DNA from: an uncultured Lachnospiraceae bacterium
Lineage (GTDB): Bacteria > Bacillota > Clostridia > Lachnospirales > Lachnospiraceae
Assembly (NCBI GenBank): GCA_910587085.1
Contig: CAJUMC010000004.1
Location: 4,583 to 68,582, forward strand
Direction of reading: 5' to 3'
Length of the DNA stretch: 64,000 bases
In this document: positions 55,268-64,000 of the stretch, in pieces
How the letters are laid out: the number at the start of each line of letters is the position of its first letter
How positions within the stretch are numbered: the first letter of the stretch is position 1
Translations under genes and position numbers: made by a program
Notes under the pieces: model-generated
What the model was told of the DNA's origin: nothing
The model's input: the letters and a program-made list of their open reading frames with translations, nothing else
Database searches by the model: none

Positions 55268-56656
55268 TTATTTTTCCAGCGGCCTGACAAAACGGCTGAC
55301 AAAAAATCCGTCCGTCCCCCCGGTCTGTGGAATCAGCTGAAGCCGCCCCCGCTCCGCCTCCGGGACAAGAGCCTCCTCCGACCGCAGTCTCTCAGGAAGA
55401 AACGGCAGCAGGCTCTGCGCCCGAAGTCCAAGCTCCCGCTCAATCCATTCCGCATTTTCCCGGTTTTCTGCCGGGTTGACAGTGCAGGTTGAATAAATCA
55501 GCACTCCCCCCGGCTTTACATATTCCGCCGCTGTCCGCAGCATCTGCCGCTGCAGTTTGATTAGTTCGGAAAGTCCTTCCGGCGAGGCGTGATATTTGAT
55601 ATCCGGCTTTCTGGAAATAATTCCCAGTCCAGAGCACGGAAGATCAGCAAGTACAACATCCGCCTTACCGACATCCTCCTGCCGAATACTGCAGGCATCC
55701 CACAAAAGCAGCTCCACGTTGCGGAAACCGCAGCGGGACAGATTTTCTCTGATCCGGGAAAGTTTATATTCCGAAATGTCCCTTGCACTGACCAGGCCGG
55801 ATTCCTCCTGCGCTTCCGGGCAGCCGCAGACCAGCAGGTCCGCCGCCTGAAGCGCTTTCCCGCCCGGCGCGGCACAGCAGTCGATCACATAGTCGCCGGA
55901 CTTCAGCCCAGCGCACAGAACCGGAAGCATCGAGCTCTCATCCTGTATCTGCAGAAGTCCCTCGCGAAAAGCCCCCACACGGCCGAGCGTATCAATTCCG
56001 GAGAGCCGCAGTGCACCCGGCACGCAGGCGCCCACGGAAACCGCGAGCCCCTCGGCTTCCAGACGCTGCCTGCACTCGTCCGCGCCGCATCGGGAGAGAT
56101 TTATCCGCGCGGTCAGCGGCGGCACCTCGAGAAACGCCCGGAACATGCTTTCCGTGCTGTCCCCGCCGTACCATTCCAGAAACCGCTCTGTGAGCCATAA
56201 AGGCACGGAATACAGCACGGACAGCCGTTCCTCTGCCGGCATCTCCTTTGTGATATCGGACAAGCTCTCCGGACGTCGCACCGCTGTGCGCAGGACGCCG
56301 TTCACAAAGCCGGCCAGCCCTGCGAGCCCCCTCTTTTTTACAAGCTTCACCGCCTCGTTGCACACGGCGGAGGCCGGGACATCCATATAGCGCAGCTGAT
56401 AAAATCCCATGCGCAGAATATTGCGCACAACCGGCTTCAGCTTCTCTGGTTTTACGCTGGAACAGCGGGCAATCAGGAAGTCCAGCGTAAGCATCCGCTC
56501 CACAACGCCTTCGCACAGCCGCACTGCAAAGGCCCGCTCCCTCCGATCCAGATCCGGATATTTTCCAAGCTGCTCCGCCAGTACCCTGTGACAGAATTTT
56601 TTCTCCTCCGCAATCTGCAGAAGCATTGTCAGCGCCAGCTCCCGTGAATTCATCAA
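55268..56656 (-). CDS. rsmB: 16S rRNA (cytosine967-C5)-methyltransferase
   Basis: 462 aa. The N-terminus is NusB-like. The SAM motif is DCCAAPGGKA and the catalytic Cys motifs are DLPCSGLG and YSTCT. Confidence 0.93.
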   Translation of the reverse strand: MMNSRELALTMLLQIAEEKKFCHRVLAEQLGKYPDLDRRERAFAVRLCEGVVERMLTLDFLIARCSSVKPEKLKPVVRNILRMGFYQLRYMDVPASAVCNEAVKLVKKRGLAGLAGFVNGVLRTAVRRPESLSDITKEMPAEERLSVLYSVPLWLTERFLEWYGGDSTESMFRAFLEVPPLTARINLSRCGADECRQRLEAEGLAVSVGACVPGALRLSGIDTLGRVGAFREGLLQIQDESSMLPVLCAGLKSGDYVIDCCAAPGGKALQAADLLVCGCPEAQEESGLVSARDISEYKLSRIRENLSRCGFRNVELLLWDACSIRQEDVGKADVVLADLPCSGLGIISRKPDIKYHASPEGLSELIKLQRQMLRTAAEYVKPGGVLIYSTCTVNPAENRENAEWIERELGLRAQSLLPFLPERLRSEEALVPEAERGRLQLIPQTGGTDGFFVSRFVRPLEK

Positions 56657-57345
56657 TCATTTCTCCTTGAGAACAGCAGCAGCAGACGGAGCAGCTGCAG
56701 GATCGCGGCTGCCGCTGCCGCCACATAGGTGAGTGCCGCCGCAGAGAGAACCTTTCTCGTCTGGCCGATCTCATCCCCGTACAGAATTCCCATCTCACCG
56801 AGTGCGTTCACGGCACGCCTGGACGCGTTGAACTCTACCGGAAGTGTGACGATCTGGAACAGTACCGAGATGGAGAACATGGCAATGCCGATCATAATGA
56901 GTGCCCGGGAGCTGCTGCTGCTGATAAACAGTCCCAGCAGAATCAGCGGCCATGCAATCTTTGCACCGATGTTCGCCGCCGGCACAATCGCCGTGCGCAG
57001 CTTCAGCGGCATGTAGGATTTTGCATGCTGGATCGCATGTCCGCACTCGTGTGCCGCAACGCCGACCGCAGCCACGGAGGTTTCCCCGTAAACGCTGTCG
57101 GAAAGCCGCAGCACCTTCTCAGAAGGATCATAATGATCCGTCAATTCTCCTTCGACGTGTTCGATGGAAACATCGTAGATACCGTTCGCATGCAGAAGCT
57201 TCTCCGCCGTCTGAGCGCCCGTCAGCCCCGACCGGCTGTATACCTGCGCGTACTTTGCATAGGTCCTTTTGACCTTTGCTGACGCAAGCAGGCTCAGCAC
57301 CATGCCGATCAGAACAAAAATATAAGTCCAGTCATACATAAGCAT
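56653..57345 (-). CDS. Membrane zinc metallopeptidase (YugP-like, Zn_peptidase_2)
   Basis: 230 aa. HEXXH reads HECGHAIQH. Hydrophobic segments flank it. Confidence 0.85.
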   Translation of the reverse strand: MLMYDWTYIFVLIGMVLSLLASAKVKRTYAKYAQVYSRSGLTGAQTAEKLLHANGIYDVSIEHVEGELTDHYDPSEKVLRLSDSVYGETSVAAVGVAAHECGHAIQHAKSYMPLKLRTAIVPAANIGAKIAWPLILLGLFISSSSSRALIMIGIAMFSISVLFQIVTLPVEFNASRRAVNALGEMGILYGDEIGQTRKVLSAAALTYVAAAAAAILQLLRLLLLFSRRND

Positions 57346-57587
57346 ACCTCCCTGTCAATTTTCAGTTTTTCAGCTGTCCGGCTGATCAGTCCTTTCGCAG
57401 TTCCGCTGTTAAGTTACTCAGCCTCCCAGCCGGTTTTCTTCCCAAGTACGGGACTCCGCACTTCTTTCATATTTTACCAGCAAAATGCGTTTTTTCTTTT
57501 ACATTACCATTAAAATTTTATTAAATTGCATCCCGGGCCCTCGGACTCCGCCCGCCGTCCGGAGCACCGGAAACCAGGGGCTTCCGT

Positions 57588-58544
57588 CTATTTCAAAACC
57601 CCGCCTGCCTTTACAGGACAGCCGCGCAGAAATTCCTCCGCACTCATCCGGCGCTTGCCCTCCAGCTGCAGTTCCCGCACGTCAAGCAGTCCGTCTCCGG
57701 TCAGAATGGAAAAATAATCCGTCCCGACCTCTGCCACGGTTCCGCATTCCCATTTTTCCGCGCGGCACAGCTGTCTTAGCTCCTCGGGCAGCTCCCGCAC
57801 CCCGCAGCGCCACAGCTTCAGCAGCCTTCCCTCAAGGCCGGTATAGGCGCTCGGCCACGGATTCAGGGCGCGCACTCTGCGCTCAAGCTCAGCGGCCGGC
57901 CGCGAAAAATCGAGATAGCCCATCTCCTTTTTCAGCATTCCCACGTAGGATGCCTGCGCCTCGTCCTGCGGCGTGCGCTGCACCGTTTTATCTGCAATCT
58001 GTGCGATCGCCCGGCGAAGCGCAATGCATCCAGCCGCGGCAAGCTTGTCGTGCAGGCTGCCGCCGGTCTCCTCCGGGGTTATCTCCACCAGCTCCTTGGT
58101 AATCATATCCCCGGTATCGAGCCCTTCGGCCATGTACATGATTGTGACGCCTGTCACCTTCTCGCCGTCCAGGATTGCCCACTGAATGGGGGATGCGCCG
58201 CGGTACTTCGGCAGCAGCGACGCGTGAACATTAATGCAGCCGTATTTCGGCAGCTCCAGAAGCCGCTTCGGCAAAAGCTGGCCGAACGCCGCGACAACAA
58301 TCAGTTCCGGCGCCAGCCGCTCCAGCTCCTTAAGGAATGCTTCATCCCTGACCCTCTCCGGCTGGCAGACGGCAAGCCCGTGCGCGAGCGCCGTCTTTTT
58401 TACATCGGAGCAGCCGAGTTCCTTTCCCCTTCCCTTCGGCTTGTCCGGCTGCGTCACTACAGCTGCAATATCGCAGCCGGCCTGCAGCATATCTTCCAGA
58501 ATTACCGCCGCAATTTCCGGCGTGCCCATGAAAACAATTTTCAT
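57588..58544 (-). CDS. fmt: Methionyl-tRNA formyltransferase
   Basis: Starts MKIVFMGTPEIAA. HASLLPKYRGASPIQ is present. Confidence 0.94.
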   Translation of the reverse strand: MKIVFMGTPEIAAVILEDMLQAGCDIAAVVTQPDKPKGRGKELGCSDVKKTALAHGLAVCQPERVRDEAFLKELERLAPELIVVAAFGQLLPKRLLELPKYGCINVHASLLPKYRGASPIQWAILDGEKVTGVTIMYMAEGLDTGDMITKELVEITPEETGGSLHDKLAAAGCIALRRAIAQIADKTVQRTPQDEAQASYVGMLKKEMGYLDFSRPAAELERRVRALNPWPSAYTGLEGRLLKLWRCGVRELPEELRQLCRAEKWECGTVAEVGTDYFSILTGDGLLDVRELQLEGKRRMSAEEFLRGCPVKAGGVLK

Positions 58545-58714
58545 ATTCCCTCTCATTCCGCCGCTCAGGCAGCACTTTAATTAAGGAAAGCCCTGTTTAT
58601 GCACAGACGCCGTATCCGTTAAAAAATCTATGTCCTTTCCGCTGTGCGCCCGTGAACTCCATCGTTCCGTTTCCGGCCTTTTGGCGCCTGTTTCATGGGC
58701 TGAGCTCAGGACTT

Positions 58715-59200
58715 TTATTCTTCTTCCATTTCCATCCGCGCGTCGTGCAGCTCGCCCTCCACCTTCTCCACATAAAGAATTCCCTCCAGATGGTCGAGCT
58801 CATGGCAGATCGCACGCGCCAGAAGCTCCGTACCCTCCAGCTCAAACTCCTGCAGCTCGCGGTTTTTCGCCCGCACCTTTACGTAGTTCGGCCTCGTCAC
58901 GGTACCGACCTTTCCCGGCACACTCAGGCATCCCTCGCCCCCGGTCTGTTCCCCGGAGGTCTCAAGAATCACCGGATTGATCAGCACGATCGGCTGATCA
59001 GCCTCCTCGGATACATCAATCACCACGACCCGCTTCAAAACACCAACCTGCGGCGCCGCCAGCCCCACGCCGTCGGCCTCATACATTGTTTCCAGCATAT
59101 CGTCGATCAGCGCGGAAATCCTTCCGTTCATCTCCGTGATCTCCTTCGCCTGCTTTGTGAGAATGCTGTCTCCCCATTTTCTGATCTGCCTGATTGCCAT
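58715..59200 (-). CDS. def: Peptide deformylase
   Basis: 161 aa. Motifs are GVGLAAPQ, EGCLSVPG and HELDHL. Confidence 0.95.
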   Translation of the reverse strand: MAIRQIRKWGDSILTKQAKEITEMNGRISALIDDMLETMYEADGVGLAAPQVGVLKRVVVIDVSEEADQPIVLINPVILETSGEQTGGEGCLSVPGKVGTVTRPNYVKVRAKNRELQEFELEGTELLARAICHELDHLEGILYVEKVEGELHDARMEMEEE

Positions 59201-59225
59201 AATCTGCCTCTCCCTTATGTCTCTC

Positions 59226-61472
59226 TTAATATCCGCTCATCGGATTAAAATCAAATTGAACGCTCACATTCTTAAAATGCTCCGAATATAATATATATCC
59301 TTCGAGGAAATTTTTCAAGGCCGCAAGCGCATTATAATTTCCGTGCTTAAAATAAAGCATCCTCCGGAACAGATCCTTTGCTTTTGCGAGCGATGCTGGA
59401 ACCGGCCCGATCAGCGTCATATCCTTCTCTCCGGATTCCGCCTCAAAACGCTCCGCCGCGGTGGAAAGCAGCGCTGCGGCTGAGTCCGCCGCCTCCTCCT
59501 TCGCGGACAGCACAAGCACGGCCAGAATATGGAGCGCCGGGGGATAGCCAAGCGCCCTCCGGTACGCAAGCTCCTTTGCGAAAAATCCCTCGTAATCCTG
59601 TGCAGCCGCGGTGCGGACGGCATAATGCTCCGGCTGGTAGGTCTGGATAATAACCTCCCCGGCCTTTTTTCCCCTGCCGGCACGGCCGGCCGCCTGGCAT
59701 AGCAGCTCGAAGGTGCGCTCCGCCGCCCGGTAATCTCCCGCATTCAGCGAAAGATCCGCCGCCAGAATCCCGACCAGCGTTACCGCCGGAAAATCATGTC
59801 CCTTCACAATCATCTGCGTACCGATCAGAATATCCGCCTCCCCGCACGAGAACGCGGACAGAATTTCTTCATAGCTCTCTTTTTTTCTGGTCGTATCGGC
59901 ATCCATGCGGAGCACTCGTGCTCCGGGAAAGCATTTTCTGACCTGCTCCTCGATTTTCTGCGTTCCCGTGCCGAAGCCTGCGATATATTTCGATCCGCAC
60001 GACGGGCAATGATCCGGCTTTTTCTGCCGCTCCCCGCAGTAATGGCAGACAAGCATGCCGTCGCCGTGTTCGGTCATGGAAATATCACAGTGAGGACATT
60101 TCATCACAAATCCGCAGCTGCGGCATGATACAAAACCCGCGTAGCCCCTGCGGTTTAAAAACAGCATTGTCTGTTCTCCCGCCGCGAGCCGTCCGGCAAT
60201 CCCTTTTGCCAGCTCCCTGCTGAAGATTGACCGGTTTCCCGAAGCCAGCTCCGCCCGCAGATCCACAACGGACACCTGCGGCAGCACCGCTCCGGGAACG
60301 GCGCGCCGGTCAAGCCGGAACAGCGTGTATTCCCCGCGCAGCGCCCTCTCGTAGGACTCCAGAGAGGGTGTCGCAGATCCGAGCAGCACGGATGCCCCGC
60401 AGAGCTTCGCCCGCTGTACAGCGACCTCCCTCGCGTGATATTTCGGCGGCATCTCGCTCTTGTAGCTGCTTTCATGCTCCTCATCCAGAATAATCAGCCC
60501 CAGCCGCGCAAACGGTGTGAACAGCGCCGATCGCGGTCCGATCATAATATCGATCTCCCCGCGCTCCGCCCGCAGGCTCTGATCGCAGCGCTCGCCCTGC
60601 GACATTTTGGAATGCAGAATGGATACCCGCCCGCCGAACCGGTGATAAAAGCGCAGCACCGTCTGATAGGTGAGCGCAATCTCTGGAATCAGCATTATCA
60701 CCTGCCTTCCCTGCCGGACGACCTCCTCAATCACGGACAGATAGACCTCCGTCTTCCCGCTTCCGGTGATCCCGTAAATCAGGTAGGTCCGATAGTTCCC
60801 TCTGCTCCAGTCGGCCAGCACGCCATCCCTTATCTGCCTCTGCTGATCATTCAGCTTCGGAGCCTTTTCTTCCGCCCTTCCTCCCTGAAACAGTTTCTCC
60901 ATCGGATTCCGGTAACCGGCTTGTGCCTTCACCTGAATCAGCCCGCTCTGCTCCATACGGCGTATGGTCGCGGAGCTGACCGCCAGCTTATCCGTTACAA
61001 TATTCCAGGAAAGCTCCCGCTCGCGCAGCAGCTCGCGCAGCAGCCTCTCCTTCGCCGCGTGCCCGCGCTTTACCGCGGCGGCAAGTGCATCCCCGCAGGT
61101 ATCGGCATCCGCCGAAAGCACCACCGTCTTTTTCTCCGCCGGACGCACCGTCCGCCGGACGGGAAGCACTGTATGCAGGGCAGCGTTCATGGTCGCACCA
61201 AAGTTTTCCCTTATATAATATGCCAGCTCGATCAGATGGCTCTCGATCACCCGGCCGTTTTCCTCCACCGCAAGAAGCGGCCGGATGCGCTCCGTCTCAA
61301 GCTTCGGCTCTTCCGACAGCCCGACAATATAGCCCTTTCTTTTCCCTTTTCCGAACGGAATATGAACCGGCGCGCCGACCACAGCCTTTTCCGCCAGACG
61401 CTCCGGAATGGCATACTGGTAGGTCTTATCCAGCTGTCCGCTTGAAATATCAACAATCACGTCCGCGTACAC
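59226..61472 (-). CDS. priA: Primosomal protein N' (replication restart helicase)
   Basis: 748 aa. Walker A is GITGSGKT, the DEAH-type motif is ILDEEHE and the Cys-rich zinc region is CRSCG...CPHCD...CHYCG...CPSCG. Confidence 0.95.
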   Translation of the reverse strand: MYADVIVDISSGQLDKTYQYAIPERLAEKAVVGAPVHIPFGKGKRKGYIVGLSEEPKLETERIRPLLAVEENGRVIESHLIELAYYIRENFGATMNAALHTVLPVRRTVRPAEKKTVVLSADADTCGDALAAAVKRGHAAKERLLRELLRERELSWNIVTDKLAVSSATIRRMEQSGLIQVKAQAGYRNPMEKLFQGGRAEEKAPKLNDQQRQIRDGVLADWSRGNYRTYLIYGITGSGKTEVYLSVIEEVVRQGRQVIMLIPEIALTYQTVLRFYHRFGGRVSILHSKMSQGERCDQSLRAERGEIDIMIGPRSALFTPFARLGLIILDEEHESSYKSEMPPKYHAREVAVQRAKLCGASVLLGSATPSLESYERALRGEYTLFRLDRRAVPGAVLPQVSVVDLRAELASGNRSIFSRELAKGIAGRLAAGEQTMLFLNRRGYAGFVSCRSCGFVMKCPHCDISMTEHGDGMLVCHYCGERQKKPDHCPSCGSKYIAGFGTGTQKIEEQVRKCFPGARVLRMDADTTRKKESYEEILSAFSCGEADILIGTQMIVKGHDFPAVTLVGILAADLSLNAGDYRAAERTFELLCQAAGRAGRGKKAGEVIIQTYQPEHYAVRTAAAQDYEGFFAKELAYRRALGYPPALHILAVLVLSAKEEAADSAAALLSTAAERFEAESGEKDMTLIGPVPASLAKAKDLFRRMLYFKHGNYNALAALKNFLEGYILYSEHFKNVSVQFDFNPMSGY

Positions 61473-61535
61473 GGTTCTCCCCCCTCTCCCTGCGTCCTCC
61501 CGGCGGCGGTTGCCGCATCGCCTTTCTGAAATAAG

Positions 61536-63182
61536 CTAGCTTCTCGCCCTCGCTATTCCTTCCACCAGCTCCTCCAACCTCATTCCCCGCGAACCCTTAA
61601 AGAGCACCGCGTCCCCGAAATCAAGCTCCCGCTCCAGGAACGCGAGTGCTTCTGCATTGGTATCAAAATGAACCTGGCGGCGGGCCTGTTCTTCCTCCTG
61701 ATTTATTCTGCTCCGGCTCCCGTTTGCTTCGGCCGGGCCCGGCGCCTCTGCCTCCGCCTTCGCTGCTTCCCGCGGCACCTTTGCAATTTCACCGGCTACC
61801 ACAGCTTTCGCATCCGCGGTGCAGCACGGAGCATCCGCGCATTCCGCCCCTTCGCCCGCCGGTTCGGCAGCGGCCGCACATTCCCCCGTCTGTCCGGCAA
61901 ACGCCTCTGCATAGTATCTCGCCTGCGGACCGACGGCCACAAGCAGATCGATCCCGCGCTCCGCCGCGCACCGGCCCACCTCCTCATGGCATTCGCGCGA
62001 GAGCTCTCCAAGCTCAAGCATATCCGCCAGCACGGCAATTCTCCGGTTCGCCGGGGTTGCTGCGAGAATGTCTATTCCGCCGCGCATTGAATCCGGGCTT
62101 GCGTTGTAGGTATCATCAATCAAAACAACGCCGCCCGCCTCCCGTTTTCCGCCGCGCATGGCAATCGGTTCGTAGCGTGCAAGCCCCCGCGCCGCCTGAT
62201 CCGGCCGCACGCCGTAATGCTCCGCCACCGCAATTGCGGCGAGCGCATTGCGCACATTATGCTCCCCGGACACGGAAAGCTCGATTTCCCCCGGATAATC
62301 CCCGCCGTCCCCCGGACAATGCAGCCGGAACGTCATGCGCCCTTCCTGCACGGCAATCCCTCCGGCCCGGTAATCGCAGTGCTCCCCAAGCCCGAAGGTT
62401 ACGATCTTTGCCCCCGCAAAGCGCTCCCTGGTCGGTTCCGATATCGCATGCCACGAATTTCCAAGCCCGAGCTGCATTTCCGCCAGCTCCGCAAGCATCG
62501 GATCATCCCCGTTTAAAAACAGTGTGCCGCCGTCGGGGAACTCGTTGATAATATTCAGCTTTTCCTTTCGGATATTGCCTTTCGAACCAAGCTGCCCGAT
62601 ATGGGATACCCCGATATTGGTGATTACGGCGCATTCCGGCCGCGCCGCAGCTGCGAGCCTCGCCATCTCGCCGGGCTCGCTCATCCCCATCTCGATCACC
62701 GCGATCTGATGCTCCGGCTCCAGCCGGCACAGCATGCGCGGCACCCCGATCTGGCTGTTCATATTCCCCTCGGTTTTCAGGGTAACAAGCTCCGTCTCGA
62801 GCGCTGCGGCGATCATTTCCTTGGTCGTGGTTTTTCCGACGCTTCCGGTGATCCCGACCACCGGAACGCCAAGGCTGTCCCGTATGTATGCGCTGAACCG
62901 CTGCAGGGCCGCAACATTATCCTCCACGCCGATATAAGTCATATCCGGCGTGTCCGGCAGTATCTCCCCGCGGCTCGTAAACACGGCGCGCATTCCGTGC
63001 CGGTATGCATCCGGGATATAGTCATGGGCATCCACATGCTCGCCGATTACAGGCACGAACATTGTATTTATGTCCCCCTCCCGGGAATTTGTAGAAAAAC
63101 GCAGAATCTCTGCTCCGCCGTCCCCGGCCAGCACGCTTCCCCCAACAATTTCCGCGATTTCCTCCGCGCGATATGCTCTCAT
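61536..63182 (-). CDS. murF: UDP-MurNAc-tripeptide--D-Ala-D-Ala ligase with a low-complexity insertion of about 74 aa near the C-terminus
   Basis: 548 aa. The P-loop is GITGSVGKTTTKEM and the C-terminal motif is LFKGSRGMRLEE. An Ala/Glu/Pro/Cys-rich segment (GQTGECAAAAEP...EEEQARRQ) is encoded at about 61674-61895. Confidence 0.9.
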   Translation of the reverse strand: MRAYRAEEIAEIVGGSVLAGDGGAEILRFSTNSREGDINTMFVPVIGEHVDAHDYIPDAYRHGMRAVFTSRGEILPDTPDMTYIGVEDNVAALQRFSAYIRDSLGVPVVGITGSVGKTTTKEMIAAALETELVTLKTEGNMNSQIGVPRMLCRLEPEHQIAVIEMGMSEPGEMARLAAAARPECAVITNIGVSHIGQLGSKGNIRKEKLNIINEFPDGGTLFLNGDDPMLAELAEMQLGLGNSWHAISEPTRERFAGAKIVTFGLGEHCDYRAGGIAVQEGRMTFRLHCPGDGGDYPGEIELSVSGEHNVRNALAAIAVAEHYGVRPDQAARGLARYEPIAMRGGKREAGGVVLIDDTYNASPDSMRGGIDILAATPANRRIAVLADMLELGELSRECHEEVGRCAAERGIDLLVAVGPQARYYAEAFAGQTGECAAAAEPAGEGAECADAPCCTADAKAVVAGEIAKVPREAAKAEAEAPGPAEANGSRSRINQEEEQARRQVHFDTNAEALAFLERELDFGDAVLFKGSRGMRLEELVEGIARARS

Positions 63183-63191
63183 AAACGCCTC

Positions 63192-64000
63192 CTAATAAAT
63201 GCAGATGCGATAGTTTTTGCTGAATACCTGCCCGGGCTCCAGACGGTTGATATACTCCTTATCCTCAAGGCTCTGATCGGCATCCACGCCGTCGCAGCGC
63301 CCGTACCAGGGCTCAATACAGACTAACGGCGCATTTCCCTTCGGCGCCCACACGCCGAACAGCGGCGCGTCAAATTTTACGGAGAGCCGGAGCGAACCGT
63401 CCGTTCCCGCCAGGGCCACCTCTCTGGTCTGGTGTCCCTCGATAATGTATGCGTCGCGGTCAAAGAAATGCTCCGTAACCGCAGCCGCGCCGTACTGTTT
63501 TCCTTCGATTTCGCATCTGGTCAGCTCCAGCTGTTCCAGCCTTCGGCATGCCAGGCCGTTCTCAAGCATTCTTGTATTCAGCATGGACACACCTTCAAAC
63601 AACAGCTTGTAACGGCCCTGTTCCGGCATATCCTCCTTTTTTTCCTGCCCGTTTCCGCTCTTCAGGAAGGTGCCGGCCGGGAATACTTCTTCCTTCTGCC
63701 GATCAGCCTCTTTTCCGCCCGCAGCCCCATCCTGCGGAGGAAGCAGGAACGCCGGATGTCCTCCGATGGAAAAATACATTTCCCCCTCCGAACGGTTCTG
63801 TACTCTCCAAAGCACAATTACCTGGTTTCGAAACAAGCGGAAACCCGTTTCCAGCTCAAAATCAAACGGATACTGTTCTCTTGTCGCCTCATTCGATACA
63901 AGCCGGTGCCATATCTCGTTCTCTGTTTTCGAGGCAAGCTCAAATTCCATATCCCGCGCAAAGCCGTGCTGTCCGAGCCGGTATTCTCTGCCGCCAAAAC
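63192..64000 (-). CDS. Aldose 1-epimerase (mutarotase) family protein; the 5' end lies beyond the window
   Basis: The frame stays open to the window edge (..FGGREYRLGQHGFARDMEFEL..). GGHPAF is present. C-terminal motifs are FGVWAP and CIEPW. Confidence 0.85.
   Translation of the reverse strand, partial: FGGREYRLGQHGFARDMEFELASKTENEIWHRLVSNEATREQYPFDFELETGFRLFRNQVIVLWRVQNRSEGEMYFSIGGHPAFLLPPQDGAAGGKEADRQKEEVFPAGTFLKSGNGQEKKEDMPEQGRYKLLFEGVSMLNTRMLENGLACRRLEQLELTRCEIEGKQYGAAAVTEHFFDRDAYIIEGHQTREVALAGTDGSLRLSVKFDAPLFGVWAPKGNAPLVCIEPWYGRCDGVDADQSLEDKEYINRLEPGQVFSKNYRICIY

Overview
The window reads as chromosomal DNA from a fairly GC-rich, endospore-forming Clostridia, probably a gut anaerobe. 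That placement is an inference from spoIIGA-sigE, a SpoVD-type PBP, a GH10 xylanase and a GH2 beta-glucuronidase. GC content was judged by eye, not computed. Almost every gene is on the minus strand; only about 18.4-22.6 kb is on the plus strand.

Content from left to right:
1. tRNA-Leu(CAA).
2. A nine-gene type IV pilus operon (562-11968). It encodes the major pilin, the prepilin peptidase, a PilM-PilN fusion, PilO, four pilin-like minor subunits and a 919-aa secreted protein of unknown function. No PilB, PilC or PilT gene is present anywhere in the window.
3. A visibly AT-richer methyltransferase gene, then a metallophosphoesterase and tRNA-Glu(CUC).
4. An AT-richer three-gene unit: an HTH-XRE/TPR regulator, a degenerate receiver-like protein and an ABC exporter.
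5. A decayed gusR-gus locus. The TetR gene carries an in-frame TAG, and the beta-glucuronidase gene has lost its 5' end.
6. A small membrane protein, a HAD-GNAT fusion and a (Gly-Thr-Asn)n lipoprotein.
7. A radical-SAM / DNA-metabolism gene pair sitting behind a near-perfect LexA (Cheo) box.
8. A GH10 xylanase, a DUF4867-like gene and fhs.
9. The sporulation and division block spoIIGA-sigE, ftsZ, ftsQ, murA, ftsW, murD, two PBPs, ftsL-like, rsmH and mraZ, with a four-box MraZ operator upstream.
10. The conserved Firmicute housekeeping block lgt, ychF, thiN, a PilZ gene, rpe, rsgA, prkC, prpC, rlmN, rsmB, a Zn-peptidase, fmt, def, priA and murF, followed by a partial mutarotase gene.

I saw no CRISPR array, rRNA gene, transposase or prophage. 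The leads most worth follow-up are:
- the motor-less pilus operon and its 919-aa and 726-aa proteins;
- the regulator / pseudo-receiver / ABC unit next to tRNA-Glu;
- the SOS-boxed radical-SAM pair;
- several short tandem repeats in non-coding spacers, including an in-frame 81-bp x2 repeat between ftsW and murA.

Family names come from motif recognition by eye. No database search was run.
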